From the NCBI GenBank assembly GCA_963818215.1, contig CAWFRL010000013.1, forward strand, positions 139,609-203,608: a stretch of 64,000 bases of DNA, written 5' to 3'. The notes under the pieces were generated by a model that searched no databases, was not told where the DNA came from, and saw only the letters and a program-made list of their open reading frames with translations. The stretch comes from Vicinamibacteria bacterium. GTDB taxonomy: Bacteria > Acidobacteriota > Vicinamibacteria > Vicinamibacterales > JAENWD01. Below are positions 34,059 through 46,852 of the stretch, piece by piece (within the stretch, counting starts at the first letter, position 1; every line of letters starts with the position of its first letter). The position numbers and the translations under genes were made by a program.

Positions 34059-35563
34059 GTGCGGCAGCTGGGGCAGGTCGGACCACGAGACGGGCACGCC
34101 GACGACGATGCCTGGAGACGCTGTTCTTCCGCTCGGCGGGCGCGCCGCTGGTCGGCGGCAACGCCGTCCAGGTGCTGCTCGACGGCGATCAGAACTACCC
34201 GCGCTGGCTCCACGCCATCGATCAGGCCGAGCGCACGATCCATCTCGAGATGTACATCGTGCACAACGACGTCATCGGCCGGCGCTTTCGCGACGCGCTG
34301 GTGGCGCGCGCGCGGGCCGGCGTCACGGTGCGCGTGCTGTACGACTGGTTCGGCGCGTTGCGGCCCAGCTCGTTTCGCTTCTGGGCGCCCCTGGTCGAAT
34401 GCCGGCGGCCAGGTGCGGGTCGTCAACGCGCCGCGGTTCCACACGCTGTTCAACCTCGGCAGCCGCGATCATCGCAAGCTGCTGACCGTCGACGGCCGCG
34501 TCGCCTACATCGGCGGCCTGTGCATCGGCGACGACTGGCTGGGCGATCCGGCGCGGCAGATTCCCGCGTGGCGCGACACGGGCATCGAGCTGCGCGGGCC
34601 CGGCCGTGGCCGAGGCCGAGCTGGCCTTTGCCGGCGCGTGGGCCGCCTGGGGCGAGGGCCTGCCGCCGGGCACCGTGCCGGCGCGCGAGGACATCCGCGC
34701 GCCGAAGGCGACGTCAGCGTGCGCGTCGTGGCCGACCTCGCCCGATCGCACCACGCTCTACCGCCTCGAACTGGCCGCGCTGGCCGCGGCCAGCGATCGC
34801 ATCTGGCTCACCGACGCCTATTTCATGGGGACGGCGGTGTACATCGAGTCGCTCAGCGCGGCGTCCCGGCACGGAGTGGACGTCCGGCTGCTGGTGCCCA
34901 ACAACAGCGACGTGCCCTGGGTCGGCAATCTGTCGCGCACGCTGTACCGCCGCCTGCTCGACGCCGGCGTCCGCATCTTCGAGTGGAACGGCCCGATGAT
35001 CCACGCCAAGACGGCCGTGGCCGATCGGCGGTTCGTCCGCGTCGGATCGACGAACCTGAACCTGTCGAGCTGGGTGGGCAACTGGGAGCTCGACGTCGTC
35101 ATCGAGGACGCGGGCGTCGCCGCGCAGCATGGAGGAGATCTACGACCAGCGACCTGCGCAACGCCACCGAGATCGTGATCACGGAGCGCAACACCGTGCG
35201 GCTGCAGTCGGCGCGGCCGCGCCGGCTGACATCGCGCGACCGCCTGCCGCGCCGGCGGCTGGCCCGCGCAGCCAGCGGCAGCGCCAATCGCGTGATCAAG
35301 GACGTCGCGCTGGCGGGCTCCGCCTGGGGTCGGCCGTTCGCGGGTATCGCGTCCTCGGGCCGCACGAAGCCCTGTCGCTGGCTGACGATGGGGCTGCTGG
35401 CGGCGCGTGGTCGCCGTGCGTCGCCTTCACTTGGCCCCGGGCGTTCGCGTATCCGCTTGGCGCGTTGTCGGTGGTGGGGGCGCTCACGCTGCTGGCCCGC
35501 GCCTGGCGCGCGCGCGGTGATTCGGCGGGCGGAGCCGGCGGACCTGAAGTACCGCCCTACTGA
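34059..35563 (+). CDS. phospholipase D-like / cardiolipin synthase-like protein (two HKD motifs) with C-terminal TM region; at least 5 frameshifts, start uncertain
   Basis: ...NAVQVLLDGDQNYPRWLHAIDQAERTIHLEMYIV... HRKLLTVDGRVAYIGGLCIGD is HKD motif 1. ...IWLTDAYF... HAKTAVADRRFVRVGSTNLNLSSW is HKD motif 2. Pieces come from ORFs 33692-34999, 34059-35858, 34606-35178 and 35129-35563. Confidence 0.75.
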
Positions 35564-35579
35564 GTTCGGACGCTCCGTC

Positions 35580-36990
35580 TCAGCTCGCCATCGGCTCTTC
35601 GATGGCCTGCGGCCGCCGTCCGCGCGGGAACTCGATGTTGAGCGTCTTGATCTTGTAGTTCATCACGCGCGGGCTGATCGCCAGCAGCTCGGCCGCGTCT
35701 TTCTGCACCCAGTTGGACATCTTCAGCGCCTCGATCAGCGCCGCGCGCTCGATGTCCTCGAGCGCGATCCCCGACGGCGGGATCTTCACCGGCGAGTGGC
35801 CGCTGCCGCCGCCCTGGCGTCGAGGCCATCTCGCCCAGCCGCAGGTCCTCGGCCGTGATCTGGGTGCCTTCGGTGAGCAGCATCGCGCGTTCGATGGCGT
35901 TTTCGAGCTCGCGGATGTTGCCGGGCCAGTTGTAGCGCATCAGCAGCTTGCTGGCCTCCGAGTCGAGCCCGTCCATCTTCTTCTTCAGCTCGCCGGAGAA
36001 GCGCTTGATGAAGAAGCCCGCCAGCGCCTGCACGTCTTCCTTGCGCTCGCGCAGCGGCGGCATCTCGATGGTCACGACGTTGAGCCGGTAGAACAGGTCC
36101 TCGCGGAACTGGCCGGCCGCCACCATCGCCGCCAGGTCGCGGTTGGTTGCGGTGACCAGCCGCACGTCGACTTTCAGCGTCCGCGTGCCGCCCAGCCGCT
36201 CGAACTCGTGCTCCTGCAGCACGCGCAGGATCTTGGCCTGCGTGCTCGGGCTCATGTCGCCGATCTCGTCGAGGAACAGGCTGCCGCCGTCGCTTTGCTC
36301 GAACCGGCCGATGCGCTGCTTGTCGGCGCCGGTGAAGGCGCCCTTCTCGTGCCCGAACAGCTCCGATTCGAGCAGGTTCTCCTGCAGCGCCGCGCAGTTC
36401 ACCTTCACGAAGTTGCGGTTGGCGCGCAGCGAGTTGTGGTGGATCGCGCCGGCGATGAGCTCCTTGCCGGTCCCCGTTTCGCCGCGGATGAGCACGGTCG
36501 TGTTGCTCTTGGCGACCTTCTTCACCATCGACAGCACGCGCTGGAGGGCGCCGGAGCTGCCGATGATGTGCTCGAAGTTGTAGATGTCCTGCTGCGTGTG
36601 CCGCAGGTAGTCCAGCTCGTGGCGCATGCGCCGAAGCTCGAGGGCTTTCTCGATCTTCAGCTCCATCTCCTCGATCTCGAACGGCTTCTGGACGTAGTCG
36701 AAGGCGCCGACCTTCATCGCCTCGACGGCCGTGCTCACCGAGCCGAACGCCGTCATCAGGATGACCGCCGTCGTCGGGTGCAGCGCCTTGGTGGTCTTGA
36801 GCACCTCGATGCCGTCGCTGCCGCCCATCTTCAGGTCGCTGAGCACGACGTCGTAGTAGCTCTCGTGCAGCTTCTCGATGGCGGCGTTGCCGTTGGGGGC
36901 CTCGTCGACGTCGTGCGACGCCTCCTGGAGCGCGCGCACAAGTCCGCGGCGCAGGGCGTCGTGATCGTCGGCAATGAGAATGCGGCCCAT
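35580..36990 (-). CDS. sigma-54-dependent response regulator (NtrC family: REC + AAA+ + Fis HTH); one frameshift
   Basis: MGRILIADDHDALRRGL...VVLSDLKMGGSDG...VLIRGETGTGKELIAGAIH...GAFTGA...ESELFGHEKGAFTGA...LFLDEIGDM...RELENAIERA (ORF 35557-37053). HTH tail ...ALKMSNWVQKDAAELLAISPRVMNYKIKTLNI is in ORF 35580-35789. Shift near 35800. Confidence 0.9.
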
Positions 36991-37011
36991 GTCGTCTATC
37001 CCTCTTCGACT

Positions 37012-37031
37012 GCCCGAACTGAAGTTCGGGC
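37012..37031. repeat. REP-like perfect hairpin GCCCGAAC-TGAA-GTTCGGGC between kinase and regulator genes
   Basis: The 24-mer TGCCCGAACTGAAGTTCGGGCCTA (37011-37034) is identical to 60111-60134. It lies in the 50-nt spacer between the kinase stop (37041) and the regulator start (36990). Confidence 0.85.
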
Positions 37032-37040
37032 CTACGCCCA

Positions 37041-38276
37041 TCACTGAAACCACTCTTGCTCGGCGCAGACCGGCAGGGTCACGGTAAACGTCGTGCCCAA
37101 CCGGGCGGTCGTCACGTCGATACGGCCGTCGTGCGCGTCGATGATCTTGCGCACGATGGCCAGGCCCAGCCCCGAACCCTGCGCCTTGGTCGTGAAAAAC
37201 GCGTTGAACACCCGGTCGGTCAGCTCAGGCGGAATCCCCGGTCCGTCGTCGCCGACCTGTATCACGACAGTCGGAACGTGGACCGGGGTCTCCGCGGCCA
37301 GCACGCCCTGGGGTGCGTGCTCGCCTTCCATCACGCCGGTGGTCGCGCTGATGCGCACCGTCCCGGCGCCGCCGAGCGCTTCAAACGCGTTGATCACCAG
37401 GTTGGTGAACACCTGGCACAGCTGGTGCTCGTCGCCCTGGATTGGCGGCAGGTCGTCAGGGACGGCGACCTCGACGCCGACCGCGCCGCGCTGCGCCTTG
37501 CTCTCCGCCATCGACACCGCCGTCTGCAGCACCGGCCCGAGTGCGGTGCGGCCGCGCTCGAGCCTCACGGGCCGCACGTAGTCGAGCATCTCGACGACGG
37601 TGGAGTTGGCCATCTTGGCCTCGTTGATGATGTCGTTGAGGATCGACTGCGCGTCGGGCGAGTCGCTGACCTTCCGCCGGAGCAACCCGGCCATCACCTC
37701 GATGCCGGCCAACGGGTTCTTCAGTTCGTGCGCCATGGCCGCGGCCATCTCGCCCAGCGCCGCCAGCCGATCCCGCAGCCGCTCGCGTTCCTCCAACTGC
37801 TCGACCCGCGTGAGGTCCTTGAAAAACAGCGCCGCGCCAGCCACCTCGCCCGCCTCGTCGCGGATGTGGGCCAGCGTGTAGCCGATGACCCGGCCCGTCG
37901 ACTTCAGGCGCAGCTCGACGCGGTTGGGCAAGTGACTCAGCTCGAACGTGCTCGCGATGACGCGGACCATGTCCGGGTGTACGCGCAACACTTCGGCGTA
38001 GGCCCGGCCGATGTCGTCGGCGTCCGGCGTGAGCCCGAAGATGCGGTAGGCCTCGTCGTTCATCACCGCGACGCCGCCGTCCCTGGTCACGGCCAGCACG
38101 CCGTTGCGCATGCTGGCGACCATGTCGCGGAAGAAGCGGTCGCCAACCGTCGTGGCCACCGCGCGACGTCGAGGCCTGACGGACCTGTGCGCCCGGCGCA
38201 GTCGCCCGCCTTGGCTCTGCGTCCGCCAGCCGGCCACTGGCGTAGCAGGCGAGTCGAGCTTCGCCTCTGACGGCAT
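37041..38276 (-). CDS. PAS-domain sensor histidine kinase (HisKA + HATPase_c), apparently intact
   Basis: ORF 37041-38381(-), start taken at the internal ATG 38276. ...MRNGVLAVTRDGGVAVMNDEAYRIFGL (PAS)...LGEMAAAMAHELKNPLAGI (H-box)...FTNLVINAFEAL (N-box)...VGDDGPGIPPE...FFTTKAQGSGLGLAIVRKII. Confidence 0.85.
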   Translation of the reverse strand: MPSEAKLDSPATPVAGWRTQSQGGRLRRAHRSVRPRRRAVATTVGDRFFRDMVASMRNGVLAVTRDGGVAVMNDEAYRIFGLTPDADDIGRAYAEVLRVHPDMVRVIASTFELSHLPNRVELRLKSTGRVIGYTLAHIRDEAGEVAGAALFFKDLTRVEQLEERERLRDRLAALGEMAAAMAHELKNPLAGIEVMAGLLRRKVSDSPDAQSILNDIINEAKMANSTVVEMLDYVRPVRLERGRTALGPVLQTAVSMAESKAQRGAVGVEVAVPDDLPPIQGDEHQLCQVFTNLVINAFEALGGAGTVRISATTGVMEGEHAPQGVLAAETPVHVPTVVIQVGDDGPGIPPELTDRVFNAFFTTKAQGSGLGLAIVRKIIDAHDGRIDVTTARLGTTFTVTLPVCAEQEWFQ

Positions 38277-38518
38277 CAGCGGCTCGCGCGGGGCAAACGA
38301 TTGGTCCAGTACAGCCCTGGACGAGGCGTCTCGGTCTTCACGCCGCCCGCAGGGGCAAGCGGTATGCCGGCTGCGCGGCACGGCCGGAAGATCTCAGGTT
38401 TTTGGAAGAAAACTGTAAGGCGGGGTCGGGATACTGACGCCTTCTGTCAGTCGGGATTACGGATCTGACACTAAATTACAGAATCGTCACAGGATTCGGG
38501 CTAGACGTCCACCGACGG

Positions 38519-40599
<2,081 letters not shown>

Positions 40600-40600
40600 G

Positions 40601-40678
40601 AAGTGCCGATGTGCCAGGTGCCGCCGTGCCGGAGTGCGGTGCCGTGTGCCGAAGTGCCGAGGTGCCGAAGCTGGCGCG
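40601..40678. repeat. array of ~10 GTGCS cores at 7-8 nt spacing (RRGTGCCG units)
   Basis: AAGTGCCG ATGTGCCA GGTGCCGC CGTGCCGG AGTGCG GTGCCG TGTGCCG AAGTGCCG AGGTGCCG AAG. The array starts 2 nt from the ABC-F start codon (40597-40599). The related array 57238-57288 shares AAGTGC.../GGTGCCGAAG. Confidence 0.85.
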
Positions 40679-41289
40679 GCACGCACGGTGTGCGCGGGCG
40701 GATCCGCACACTTCAAACCCTCGATTGTACCACGCAGATTCGTGCAGCCCGGGCGCGCGGCGATCGCGCCGATGGCTGCTAATGGCCCGAATTGTCCGCT
40801 CGTGTCGGTTCCGGGGTGGGTCTCCTGTCGTTGTGGCCGGCGTGGCGAGCCCCTAGCATTGTCGAGGACGCCATGACGCTTCGCGGACTCGTCGCATCGG
40901 CGCCTCGTCGCCGCCGCTTGTGTGGCCCCGGCTTTGGCCGACGACGCGAAGGCGCCGGTGACGCATCTCGACGACAGGTCGTGCGGTCGTGCCGCGTGAC
41001 ATCGGAGCACGCGCAGGTGTCGGTCAACTGCGGCACGCAGGCCGCAGCCCGTGCAGGTCAGCTACACGGCTCGGCGCCCGACGTCTGGAAGCACTCGACG
41101 GCAGCCAGGCTCCAGTCGCGCAACCTCCGCCACGTCCGTCACAATCCACTTCTAGTCTCGTCTCAGCCCGCGCCATTCCCGCCGCTCTCGCGCCGACCCG
41201 AAGGTTGACCACTCGGGCCAGCGCCACAGCCGAGATAGCTCTTTCGAGCCATAGCTCGGCCGTTTGTAGCGCGTTCCGTATGGATGAGT

Positions 41290-41318
41290 TTGACACTGGT
41301 AATACCAACGTGCTATTT
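41290..41318 (+). promoter_or_regulatory. candidate sigma-70-type promoter for the TonB receptor gene
   Basis: TTGACA (41290-41295), 17-nt spacer, CTATTT (41313-41318), in a locally lower-GC stretch ~65 nt upstream of ATG 41381. The -10 element is weak. Confidence 0.3.
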
Positions 41319-41380
41319 CATCGCACACTTCCCCACTAGCGCTCGAGGTCCCTCCCACGCCCCGCATCAGGAGAGATGCC

Positions 41381-44300
41381 ATGACTGTCCGTCGGTTAGT
41401 CGCAAGTTCGGTCACAGCCTTGCTGGTGCTGATCTGGTCAGCCGCAGGCTGGGCTCAGACCGTCAACGGCGCCATCGTCGGCGTCGTCGAGGACGCAAGC
41501 GGCGGCGTCGTTCCGGATGTCGCCCTGACCCTGCGCAACATCGCCCGTAACGAGATCGTCGCGACGACGATCTCGGGCCCGGAGGGCAGCTTCGCCTTCC
41601 GCAACCTGTCGCCGGCAAAGTACGAGGTGCAGGCGACCAAGGACGGCTTCAACCCCGTCTCGCTGCCCGACGTCGAAGTCACGCTCGGGTCGCAGGTCCG
41701 TGTGCTCGTCGCGATCACCGCCGGGGCCGTCTCCGAGCGCGTCGAGGTGTTCGGCGGCTCGTCAGTGCTCGGCACGACGGCCACGCAGGAGCACGGCATC
41801 TCGCCGGAAACGCTGAACCAGTTGCCGCTGCAATTCGGCACCGGACCGCGCGCGGCCGCGACATTTGCGTTGCTCATGCCCGGTGTCAGCACCGGTCAGG
41901 GCAACAACGCGTTTGACGCGCGCATCAACGGCGGCCTGCAGTCGGGCGACGAGGCGTCGGTCGACGGCGTCAGCATGCAGCAGGGCTTCATGAGCCAGGG
42001 CGGCATGGTGTCGATCCTCCAGGACTTCCCGATGTCGCCCGACATGGTCAGCGAGATCAAGGTCCTCACGTCGGGCTACGCGCCCGAGTACGGCTCCTCG
42101 ATCGGCGGCCAGATCATGGCGGTCACCAAGTCGGGCGGCAGCAGGTTCCACGGTTCCGGCTTCGAGTTCTACCAGGATGCCTCGATCACGGCCACCCAGT
42201 GGGGCAGGTCGGAGAAGCCGGATTTCAACAAGCACAACAACGGCGTCAACATCGGCGGCCCGATCAAGCTGCCCGGCTTCACGACCGAAAAGTGGAAGAG
42301 CTTCTTCTACTTCGACTACGAGCGGTACCGGCAGAAAGGGGGGGCCACGGCGGCGGTGTTGTCGATACCCTCGATGCAGGAACGCGCAGGGTGACTTCCG
42401 CGATTGGCGCGACGCGTCCGGCAACCTGATCCCGATCTACGACCCGGCGACCTTGCGCTCCGACGGCCAGGGCGGCTTCATCAAGGATCAGTTCATGGGC
42501 TGCGACGGCAACACGCCCAACGTGATCTGTCCCAATCGCATCAACCCGATCGTGCAGCCGTGGCTGGCGGCACTGCCGACGCCGACAAGCGGTGGCGCGC
42601 TCAACAACTTCCAGGCGCCGCCAATCCCGGACACCATTCTGGGCGACAGCGACTACTACATGTGGCGGCTGGACTGGCAGGGTGGCAACAACCACGTGTT
42701 CGCCAGCTTCTGGCACCAGCGTGCGCCCGTGAAGTTGTTTTCGCAGTTGCCGCAGCAGATTGCCACCGAGACGTTGTCCGACCCGCAGAACTCGTGGGTC
42801 AACAGGATGAACTTCGACCGGACCCTCACGCCGACCCTCCTCAACCACATGTCGATGGGGTATCTGAACCGGAACGAGGGGTACGGCTGCGTCAACGGGG
42901 GCTTTGTCGACGACTTCCCGAAGATCGCGGGCGTGGCGAACCACAGCGTGCCGCCGCAGATCGGCATGACGACGAGTTCAACGCAGATGGGGTGCAACGC
43001 GGGTGTCAACGTCGGGAACATCACGACGCGTCCGACCTTCATCATCAACGACGCGGTGACGTGGGTGAAAGGCGCGCACACGCTCAAGGTCGGCATGGAG
43101 TGGCGCAAGATCATGGGCAACATCCACGCCAACGGCAACGAGGCCGGGACGTTCAACTTCGAGCCGCGGCGCCACCGGCCTCGTGGGCCAGGTCTCGGGC
43201 AGCCCGGTGGCCAGCTTCCTGCTGGGGGCGGTCGACAACGCGAGCACGTCGTATCGCTCGGTGTCCAGTTGGTACCCGCGGCAGCACGCGTGGATCTTTC
43301 ACGCCGGCGACAGCTGGCAGGTCAACAACAAGCTGACGCTCGACTACGGCCTGCGCTGGGACTACTACTCGCCAGCGTCCGAGAAATACGACCGCATGTC
43401 GTTCTTCGATCCGACGGGTGCCAACCCTGGCGCCGGCGGCCGGCCCGGCCGGCTCGCCTTCGCGGGCGATGACCTACGGCGCTGCCAGCTACGGCGCGCG
43501 CTACCCGGAGAAGAACTGGTATGAGGGACTCGCGCCGCGCCTCGGCGCCGTCTACGCGCTCAACGACAAGACGGTCATCCGTGGCGGCTGGGGGATCTTC
43601 TACACGCAGGCGTTCTATCCCGGCTGGGGCGGCGGGATGAGTCTGGACGGGTTCTCGAACGACCCGAGCGTGAGCTCCAGCAAGGGCGGCATCGAGCCCG
43701 CGATGTACCTGAACCAGGGCTTTCCGATCGGCAACTTCTCACTCCCCCCTGACATCAGGTCCGACTACAAGAACGGGCAGGGCATCTACTTCCGCAACAT
43801 CGATGGCAACGAGCGTCCGTACTCGCACCAGTGGAACATCACGGTGGATCGCGAGCTCGGCCGCCAGTTCGCGACTGAGCGTGGCGTACGTCGGGTCCGC
43901 CGGCCGCCGGATGCCCTCGAGCATCGATCCGCTGAACGCGATCGACCCGAGCTACCTGTCGCGCGGGGATAGCCTCAACCACGAGTTCCAGCCCGGGCAG
44001 ACGAGCCTCGACGGCGTGCCGCTGCCGTACGCCGGGTGGGTGGAGCAGATGGTCAGCTGCGCGCCGTCGGTCGCACAGGCACTCAGGCCCTTCCCGCAGG
44101 ACCTGCGACAACCTGCAGGGCCAGAACGAGGCCCACGGCAAGACGATGTACAACTCGATGCAGTTGAAGCTCGAGAGGAAGTTCTCGAAGGGCGTCTACG
44201 CGCTGGTGTCGTACACGCTCTCGCACCTGATGGAGAGCGGGTCCAGCAACACGCAGCGGGACGCAAACACGTGGAGCGGCATCACCGGGGTCATCTCGCC

Positions 44301-44942
44301 GTTCGAGAGGGACCGGAATTACGTGATCTCGCAAAGCGATACGCCGCACGTGCTCTCGGCGGCGTTCGTCTATGAGCTGCCGTTTGGTCGCGGCAAGGCG
44401 CACGTCAACGACGGGGGCGCCGTAGTCAACGGGCTCGTGAGCGGTTGGCAGCTCAGCACCATCTACAAGTACCAGTCGGGCGTGCCGATGTACTTCCGGT
44501 CGGGCTTCTGCAACGTGCCCGGAGCGTTCCGTGCGGGCTGCATCCCGGCGATCACCAACGCGGGCGCCGTCTTCGCGCAGGACAAGGGCAGATTTCGATC
44601 CTGGCCTGGGGCCGCTCTTCAACAAGGACGCGTTCACGCCGGTAAGCGCCTTCAACTACAACTATGGCACCGGCAACCGCGTCGAGGAGAGCATCCGCGG
44701 CTTCGCGTACACGAACCAGGACTTCACCCTCATGAAGAACACCCGGATGGGCGGGGGCACGAACCTCCAGCTCCGGCTCGAGGTGTTCAACCTGTGGAAC
44801 TGGCACTCGTTCCAGGCCAACGGTCAGTGGGGCAACCAGGCGTTCAACACCGACATCAACAGCCCGGAACTTCGGGCAGTGGAATGACGGCAACGTGACT
44901 GCACCACGCCAGATCCAGCTCGGGGTCCGGTTCGAGTTCTGA
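41381..44942 (+). CDS. TonB-dependent receptor with N-terminal carboxypeptidase-regulatory-like domain (acidobacterial/SusC-like type); at least 7 frameshifts
   Basis: AGGAGA RBS. MTVRRLVASSVTALLVLIWSAAGWAQTVNGAIVGVVEDASGGVVPDVALTLRNIARNEIVATTISGPEGSFAFRNLSPAKYEVQATKDGF. Pieces come from ORFs 41381-42394, 42177-43472, 43183-43524, 43418-43972, 43803-44375, 44146-44898 and 44531-44887. Ends ...APRQIQLGVRFEF-stop (TGA 44940-44942). Confidence 0.85.
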
Positions 44943-45016
44943 CATCGCGTCTCGGGTAAGTGTGGGCGTCGCGCTCTGCCGTATGCTGGGCGCGGCGCCC
45001 TTTGTTTTCGTGTTCC

Positions 45017-45857
45017 ATGGGTATCTCCTCCCGCCTGGTCTGCTCTGTCGCTCGTCCTGCTGCTGGCCGCGCCCGGCGTCCGGGCGCAGTCGCTCGCGCC
45101 CGCCCTCGCCACGCGCTTCTCGGAAGGCGTCGAGGCCCTCAAGGCCGGGCAGCTGGATCTTGCGGAGGCGGCATTTCGCGACGTGCTGGCCCGCGGCGGT
45201 GACCGGGCATTCGTCCATCACAACCTCGGTATCGTCCATCAACAGCGGAATCACCACGTCGAGGCGCTCGCGGAGTTTCGCGCGGCCGCTCGGCTCGATC
45301 CGGCGTTCGGCCCCGCACGACTGCTCGCGGGCAGCAGCCTTCTGGCCCTCGGGCGGGCCGAGGAGGCCGTGGCCGAGCTCGAACGCGCGGTCCGCCTGCT
45401 GCCCGGCGAGAAGGCCGCCCACCTGCAGTTGGCCGACGCCTGCGAGCGGGTCGGCAACGTGCCCTGCCTGGCGAGGGAGTCCCGCGTCCTGGCCGGGTTC
45501 GCGCCGTCAGACCCCGAGTACACCTATCGCCTCGGCAAGGCGTACCTCCGTCTCTCGGAGTGGTCGTACAAGCGGATCCGCGCGATCGATCCGCGCTCGG
45601 CCCGCCTGAGCGAGGCGCTCGGGCGCGAATACCTCCAGCAGGGTCAGCCCGAACTGGCGCTTCGAGAGTACCAGCAGGCGGCCGAGCGCGACCCGGCGCT
45701 GCCGGGCATCCATCTCGCGCTTGCCAGGATTCACGCCGACGCCCTGCGCTGGGACGACGCGGCCCGGGAGGTGGAACGGGAACTGGCCGTGGCGCCTGGG
45801 AGTGCCGCAGCCCTCGAGCTGAAGGCGCGCGTGGATGCCGCGCGCACCGTGCGATGA
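45017..45857 (+). CDS. secreted tetratricopeptide repeat protein 1; one frameshift
   Basis: ATG 45017 MGISSRLVCSV, shift near 45050, then LVLLLAAPGVRAQS...EGVEALKAGQLDLAEAAFRDVLARGGDRAFVHHNLGIVHQQRNHHVEALAEFRAAARLDPAF (ORF 45183-45857). Confidence 0.7.
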
Positions 45858-46852
45858 AGGTGCCGGAGGCGAGCATGCATCGGCTCATCCCGGTTGCGGC
45901 CCTGGTTCTGACGCTGCTGGCCGATGTACGCCCGGCCGCCGCCCAGCGACCTCCAGTCGCGCCGTCGGCTGAGGCGACTGCCGACAGTTCGATGCTGAAG
46001 GAACTGGCAGCCAGGCGCCGTGCCGAGATCGACAAGACGATCGCCGCCCGCGACTGGCCTCGCGCCGAGACGCTGCTGGTCGCCGAGATCGAGCGCACGC
46101 AGAAGCCGGTCGATCTGTTGAAGATGCTGGCCGGCGTGTTCATGAACGAGCACAAGCCGTTGAACGCGGCCATCGCGATCAAGAAGGCGGAAACCTACGG
46201 CCCGCTCGACGCGAACACCCGCCTGCAGCTGGTCCTTGCGTACATCTCGATGCGCCGCAGCGACTGGGCGCGTCCCGAGCTCGAGCGGCTGGTCGCGGCA
46301 GACCCGTTGAACGCCGGGTACGCCTATTGGCTCGCGCGTCTCGACTACGACAGCGGACGCTATGCCGCCGCCATCGATCGGCTGAAGACCGTCGTCCAGC
46401 GCGAACCCTCGTTCATGCGCGCCTACGACAACCTGGGACTCTGTTACGAGGCGCTGCACCAGCCCGACGAGGCCATCCGCCAGTACCGCGAGGCGATCCG
46501 CCGTGCACGCGAGGCGGGTGAGAAGTGGCCGTGGCCGTTCCTGAACCTTGGCATCCTCCTGAAGAACAGCGGCCAGATCGAGGAAGCCGAGGCGCTGTTC
46601 AACGAAGCGCTTCAGGCGGATCCGGCCTTCGCGCCGGCGCTCTATCATCTCGGCACGATTCTGGAGGGGAGCGACCGCACGGAGGGAGCCGTGCAGGCGC
46701 TCCTGCGTGCCGCCGCCGCGGATCCGTCCTACGCGGAGCCGCACTTCGCGCTCTCGCGCATCTATCGCCGCCAGGGCCGCATCGCGGAGGCCGACGCGGC
46801 GCTCGCGACGTTCCAACAGCTCCATCAGCCAGCTCGGGAAGTGAGGCGGTGA
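45854..46852 (+). CDS. secreted tetratricopeptide repeat protein 2 (intact)
   Basis: Within ORF 45560-46852. ATG 45854 overlaps the previous stop (ATGA). MKVPEASMHRLIPVAALVLTLLADVRPAAAQ...YDNLGLCYEALHQPDEAIRQYREAIRRA...LYHLGTILEGSDRTEGAVQALLRAAAADPSYAEPHFALSRIY. Confidence 0.75.
   Translation: MKVPEASMHRLIPVAALVLTLLADVRPAAAQRPPVAPSAEATADSSMLKELAARRRAEIDKTIAARDWPRAETLLVAEIERTQKPVDLLKMLAGVFMNEHKPLNAAIAIKKAETYGPLDANTRLQLVLAYISMRRSDWARPELERLVAADPLNAGYAYWLARLDYDSGRYAAAIDRLKTVVQREPSFMRAYDNLGLCYEALHQPDEAIRQYREAIRRAREAGEKWPWPFLNLGILLKNSGQIEEAEALFNEALQADPAFAPALYHLGTILEGSDRTEGAVQALLRAAAADPSYAEPHFALSRIYRRQGRIAEADAALATFQQLHQPAREVRR

Noticed and set aside
40740-41380. Cobalamin or other riboswitch upstream of the TonB receptor
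   Set aside because: Only partial B12-box-like strings are present: AGCCAGGCTCC near 41112, and CAGGAGACCC on the wrong strand near 40820. No recognisable conserved core exists, so it cannot be supported without a covariance-model scan.
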